From the NCBI GenBank assembly GCA_052173975.1, contig JBQMXN010000007.1, positions 1,431 through 65,430 of the forward strand: a stretch of 64,000 nucleotides of DNA. The letters are read 5' to 3'. Below are positions 58,675-64,000 of the stretch, one piece after another (position 1 is the first letter of the stretch; each line of letters begins with the position of its first letter). The notes below the pieces were generated by a model that was not told the origin of the DNA, did no database searches, and saw only the letters and a list, made by a program, of their open reading frames with translations. The position numbers and the translations under genes were made by a program. The DNA is from Candidatus Cryptobacteroides sp. (GTDB lineage: Bacteria > Bacteroidota > Bacteroidia > Bacteroidales > UBA932).

Positions 58675-60414
58675 ATGATGTTTAATAGGTATATATATAT
58701 TGTGGCGCTGTCGCTTGTGTTTGGCAGTCAAGCATTTGCTCAGAATTTGAATCCTACCGTAAAGGTTACTAAGATTTATTCGGGGATATTGAATGATGTG
58801 AGTAAACCTGAGCTGAGTATGGAAGTGCCTGATTCGATCAAGAGGTTTGATTTTAATTTTGATTATTCGGTGTTTGATAGTCCGTACAAGGGGTCGTACG
58901 AGTTTAAGCCGTACAGAATGAATCTATCGCCCAGGAGGGGCGATGCCGGCGCGCAAAATTTTTATTTGCGTGCCGGCGCCGGGTATGCTTTGCACCCGGC
59001 GATTCATTCCGTCTTCACGCCTGACCTGAAAATTCCACTCTCAATCAGCCTATACGAAGACCTCAAAGGCTACTACGGAAACTACCGAAAAGTCGCTCCT
59101 GTATTGCAAGGCCGTGACTATCTACTCAAAGCAGACAAAAAAAATGTAAAATTCGGCTACGACCTCTCAAACCGTTTAGGACTCAGCGGACATATAGACT
59201 GGACAAGAGGCGGCTTCTATTACGATGCAGCATACGAACATATCTCCACGATGGAAAACAATAAAAGCCGAAAATTCAACTCGGCCGATGTCGTTTTCGG
59301 TATCAAATCCATGGATGATAGAGAAAAATACTTCTACTACGATGCCAAAATCGGTTACACATACGTCCATGACCGATTTGAAGCATTATCCTCGCATTTG
59401 AACCAGCATTCAATATCATTCAAATCATCATTAGGACCTGTAATAAACAAATTCAGCAAACTTCTGATAGATACCGAGTTGAATTTGGCTTACTATAACG
59501 GGCATTTTGAATCAAATGTCGGATTTCTTAGGCTTACCCCTCACTATATTTTCACAAAAGGAAGGCTTTATTTCGATGTCGGTGTAGGCATCAGTCTGCT
59601 GGTGTCCAGCGGTAAAGGCTCCATAGGAAGTCCTAATCACTCAAACAGAGGACAAATAATATATCCTTCTGCTAAATTTTCATTTGAAATCATCAAAGAT
59701 TATTTAAATGTATATGCTACATTGGATGGAGGAGAAAATATCAATACCTATTCTTCTATTGTCCGCAAAAACAGGCATATAATCCCTTCTTTCGTTGGGT
59801 CAAGCGGTATTCTCCTAAACAATACCGTAAATAAATTCAGTACGGAAATAGGTTTGTCCGGAAATGTAGCCTCTCGTGCAGGTTTCACTGTAAAAGGCGG
59901 TTATGCTACATTGTCAAAAACCTTTTTAGAGTCCGTAAATATGAAAGCCACGGATATTAATGATATCGCCCCGGGAATCGCTTTCGAGGATTTAGCATAT
60001 TATTATGCCGGTTTCGATGCCCTATTTAAAAGCAGAAGTTTTTCTTTTAGAGGAAGTTTTCAATTCAAACAAACCGATATGGATTTATATCAATGGCATG
60101 TTTTCGAACCTGCAGTGTTTACCGGTGCGTTTGATTTTAAATATAATTGGAGAAAAAGAATTTATGTAGGTACTGATTTGGAATTTGCCTCTTCCAGAAA
60201 AGGATATATCGGCTCTTTGACAGATGTAAATGCCGTTCATACCGCTGTTATTCCGTTTTTTGTGGATTGGGGACTGAATTTTGAATACCGTGTAACGAGG
60301 AAACTTTCTTTTTGGCTTCACGGAGGAAATTTGCTTGATATGAGCATACAACGTCATCCTTTATATGTCGAAGGCGGAATTAACTTTACCGCGGGAATTT
60401 GTTTGTGTTTGTAA
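58675..60414 (+). CDS. Hypothetical secreted protein, probable outer-membrane beta-barrel
   Basis: Signal peptide (VALSLVFGSQAFAQ) and alternating aromatic/polar beta-strand pattern. Starts 3 nt after the TPR stop; the track's GTG 58669 overlaps it. Confidence 0.7.
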   Translation: MMFNRYIYIVALSLVFGSQAFAQNLNPTVKVTKIYSGILNDVSKPELSMEVPDSIKRFDFNFDYSVFDSPYKGSYEFKPYRMNLSPRRGDAGAQNFYLRAGAGYALHPAIHSVFTPDLKIPLSISLYEDLKGYYGNYRKVAPVLQGRDYLLKADKKNVKFGYDLSNRLGLSGHIDWTRGGFYYDAAYEHISTMENNKSRKFNSADVVFGIKSMDDREKYFYYDAKIGYTYVHDRFEALSSHLNQHSISFKSSLGPVINKFSKLLIDTELNLAYYNGHFESNVGFLRLTPHYIFTKGRLYFDVGVGISLLVSSGKGSIGSPNHSNRGQIIYPSAKFSFEIIKDYLNVYATLDGGENINTYSSIVRKNRHIIPSFVGSSGILLNNTVNKFSTEIGLSGNVASRAGFTVKGGYATLSKTFLESVNMKATDINDIAPGIAFEDLAYYYAGFDALFKSRSFSFRGSFQFKQTDMDLYQWHVFEPAVFTGAFDFKYNWRKRIYVGTDLEFASSRKGYIGSLTDVNAVHTAVIPFFVDWGLNFEYRVTRKLSFWLHGGNLLDMSIQRHPLYVEGGINFTAGICLCL

Positions 60415-60423
60415 TAAAATTAG

Positions 60424-60439
60424 TAAATTTGTAACTTTG
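60424..60439 (+). promoter_or_regulatory. Two adjacent Bacteroidota -7 boxes (TAAATTTG, TAACTTTG) upstream of gyrB
   Basis: Exact TAnnTTTG matches at 60424-60431 and 60432-60439. Confidence 0.45.
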
Positions 60440-60440
60440 A

Positions 60441-62495
<2,055 letters not shown>

Positions 62496-62528
62496 GTATT
62501 AAAAGAACAATTAAAATCACAAAATACA

Positions 62529-63791
62529 ATGTTGGATATTTTTGACAGAATTTCAAAAGATTCAGGCGGTCCTATCGGACAATACTGTGAACAAGCATTC
62601 GGATACTATATGTTCCCAAGGCTTGAAGGTGAATTGGGACCTCATATGACTTTTAATGGCGTCGAGTGCCTTAACTGGAGTTTGAATAACTATTTAGGCT
62701 TAGCTAATCACCCTGAAGTAAGAAAAGCCGATGCCGATGCAGCAAAGGAATTTGGTCTTGCTGCTCCTATGGGAAGCCGTATGCTTACAGGCAATACCCG
62801 TTATCACGAAGAGTTGGAAAGAAGATTCGCCGAATTTGAAAAAAAAGAAGATGCTTTCCTTTTTAACTTCGGTTATCAGGGAATAGTATCAGCGATAGAT
62901 TCATTGACTGCCCGTCACGATGTAATCGTTTATGATGCAGAGTCTCACGCTTGTCTTCTTGATGGTATTCGTCTACATATAGGTCAAAGCTTTAAATTCC
63001 GTCATAATGATATTGAACACTGCGAAAAAATACTTTCAAAGGCTTGTCAAATAGCTGATGAGCAGGGAGGAGGTGTACTGCTTATCACAGAAGGAGTATT
63101 CGGAATGACAGGAGCGCTCGGTATTTTGGATAAGATTGCAGCATTAAAGAAAAAATACAATTTCCGTATCCTTATTGATGATGCTCACGGATTCGGTATA
63201 ATGGGAGAACACGGAAGAGGTACTTCTGAGCACTTCAATGTAATGGATGAAATAGACTTGTATATCGGGGCTTTTGCAAAATCTATGGCAAGCATAGGTG
63301 GTTTTATCGCAGGTCCTCGCAAGATTATCAACTATTTGAGATTCAATATGCGTTCTCAAATGTATGCTAAAGCGCTTCCTATGCCTTTGGTATTGGGTAA
63401 TATGAAGAGATTGGAAATAATCGACAGCCCTGAGGGTGATAGACTTCGCAAGCAGTTGTTTACTATTACAAGGGCTTTGCAGGACGGTTTCCGTAAAGAA
63501 GGCTTTGAAATAGGTGAGGCTGAAGCATGCGTTTCTCCTGTACATATTAAGGGAGGTTTGGCAGAGGCTACAAAAATCGCAAAAGAGTTGCGTGAAGAGT
63601 ATAAGATATTCTGCTCAATCGTAATTTATCCTGTTATTCCTAAAGGTATGATTATTTTCCGAATCATCGCTACGGCTGTGCATACTCTTGAAGATGTCGA
63701 ATATACATTGAATGCATTTAAGGAAATCAGAGAAAAATTGGATAAAGGATATTATTCGGGAGATGATATTGCAGCAATGACTGTTAAATAG
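62529..63791 (+). CDS. PLP-dependent alpha-oxoamine synthase, serine-palmitoyltransferase-like
   Basis: NNYLGLANHP, GSRMLTGNTRYHEELE and DDAHGFG, with the PLP-lysine region GAFAKSMASIGGF. 420 aa. Confidence 0.85.
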   Translation: MLDIFDRISKDSGGPIGQYCEQAFGYYMFPRLEGELGPHMTFNGVECLNWSLNNYLGLANHPEVRKADADAAKEFGLAAPMGSRMLTGNTRYHEELERRFAEFEKKEDAFLFNFGYQGIVSAIDSLTARHDVIVYDAESHACLLDGIRLHIGQSFKFRHNDIEHCEKILSKACQIADEQGGGVLLITEGVFGMTGALGILDKIAALKKKYNFRILIDDAHGFGIMGEHGRGTSEHFNVMDEIDLYIGAFAKSMASIGGFIAGPRKIINYLRFNMRSQMYAKALPMPLVLGNMKRLEIIDSPEGDRLRKQLFTITRALQDGFRKEGFEIGEAEACVSPVHIKGGLAEATKIAKELREEYKIFCSIVIYPVIPKGMIIFRIIATAVHTLEDVEYTLNAFKEIREKLDKGYYSGDDIAAMTVK

Positions 63792-63799
63792 TTAAAATT

Positions 63800-64000
63800 A
63801 TGAATTACAATTACTTTAAGGACAAAGTAATTATTATAACAGGAGCCGGCTCTGGAATAGGGTTGGCTTCTGCTCGATTATTTGGAAGCTATGGAGCAAA
63901 GGTCGTAATGGCAGCCAGATCTTACGAAAAATTATTGGATTTGGCGCCCTCCGTGTCTTCTGTGGCGGAGAATGTATTATGCGTTAAAACGGATGTTTCT
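63800..64000 (+). CDS. Short-chain dehydrogenase/reductase (SDR), 5' part (continues beyond window)
   Basis: MNYNYFKDKVIIITGAGSGIGLASARLF... carries the TGxxxGIG cofactor motif. Starts 9 nt after the preceding stop. Confidence 0.85.
   Translation, partial: MNYNYFKDKVIIITGAGSGIGLASARLFGSYGAKVVMAARSYEKLLDLAPSVSSVAENVLCVKTDVS

Overview
The window looks like an ordinary core-chromosome segment of a Bacteroidota (Bacteroidales-like) genome. Many genes are preceded by the Bacteroides-type -7 promoter box TAnnTTTG. The gene content also fits: ExbB/ExbD cluster, GSCFA protein, LolE/FtsX permease, M13 PepO, RNase Y next to ZapA, and an AmgK/MurU peptidoglycan-recycling pair. I can support about 57 protein-coding genes, most of them housekeeping: rpsO-pnp, udk, asnS, ansA, dprA, queA, pyrE, pepD, rpsF-rpsR-rplI, pncB, purB, tcdA, folP, rny, zapA, nth, ftsE and gyrB. 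There is also one tRNA-Ala(UGC) and a set of hairpin terminators. I saw no transposase, integrase, CRISPR array, phage genes or recognisable defence system, and I cannot point to a convincing novel multi-gene system. Signals worth a second look:
1. A noncoding microregion at 43.6-44.3 kb. It holds a ~60% GC island with two perfect-looking 12-bp hairpins, a stand-alone tRNA-Ala with a T-stem mismatch, and two 52-bp direct repeats inside the predicted tRNA leader.
2. The 330-bp zapA-rny spacer. It has a structured ~180-nt segment followed by three consecutive terminator-like hairpins, and no visible promoter in front of rny.
3. An AmgK-like kinase fused to a RapZ C-terminal-like domain, next to a MurU-like gene.
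4. A serine-palmitoyltransferase-like alpha-oxoamine synthase followed by an SDR reductase.
5. An apparent frameshift splitting the C-terminus of an S41 peptidase.
All family assignments come from motif recognition by eye. No database search was run.
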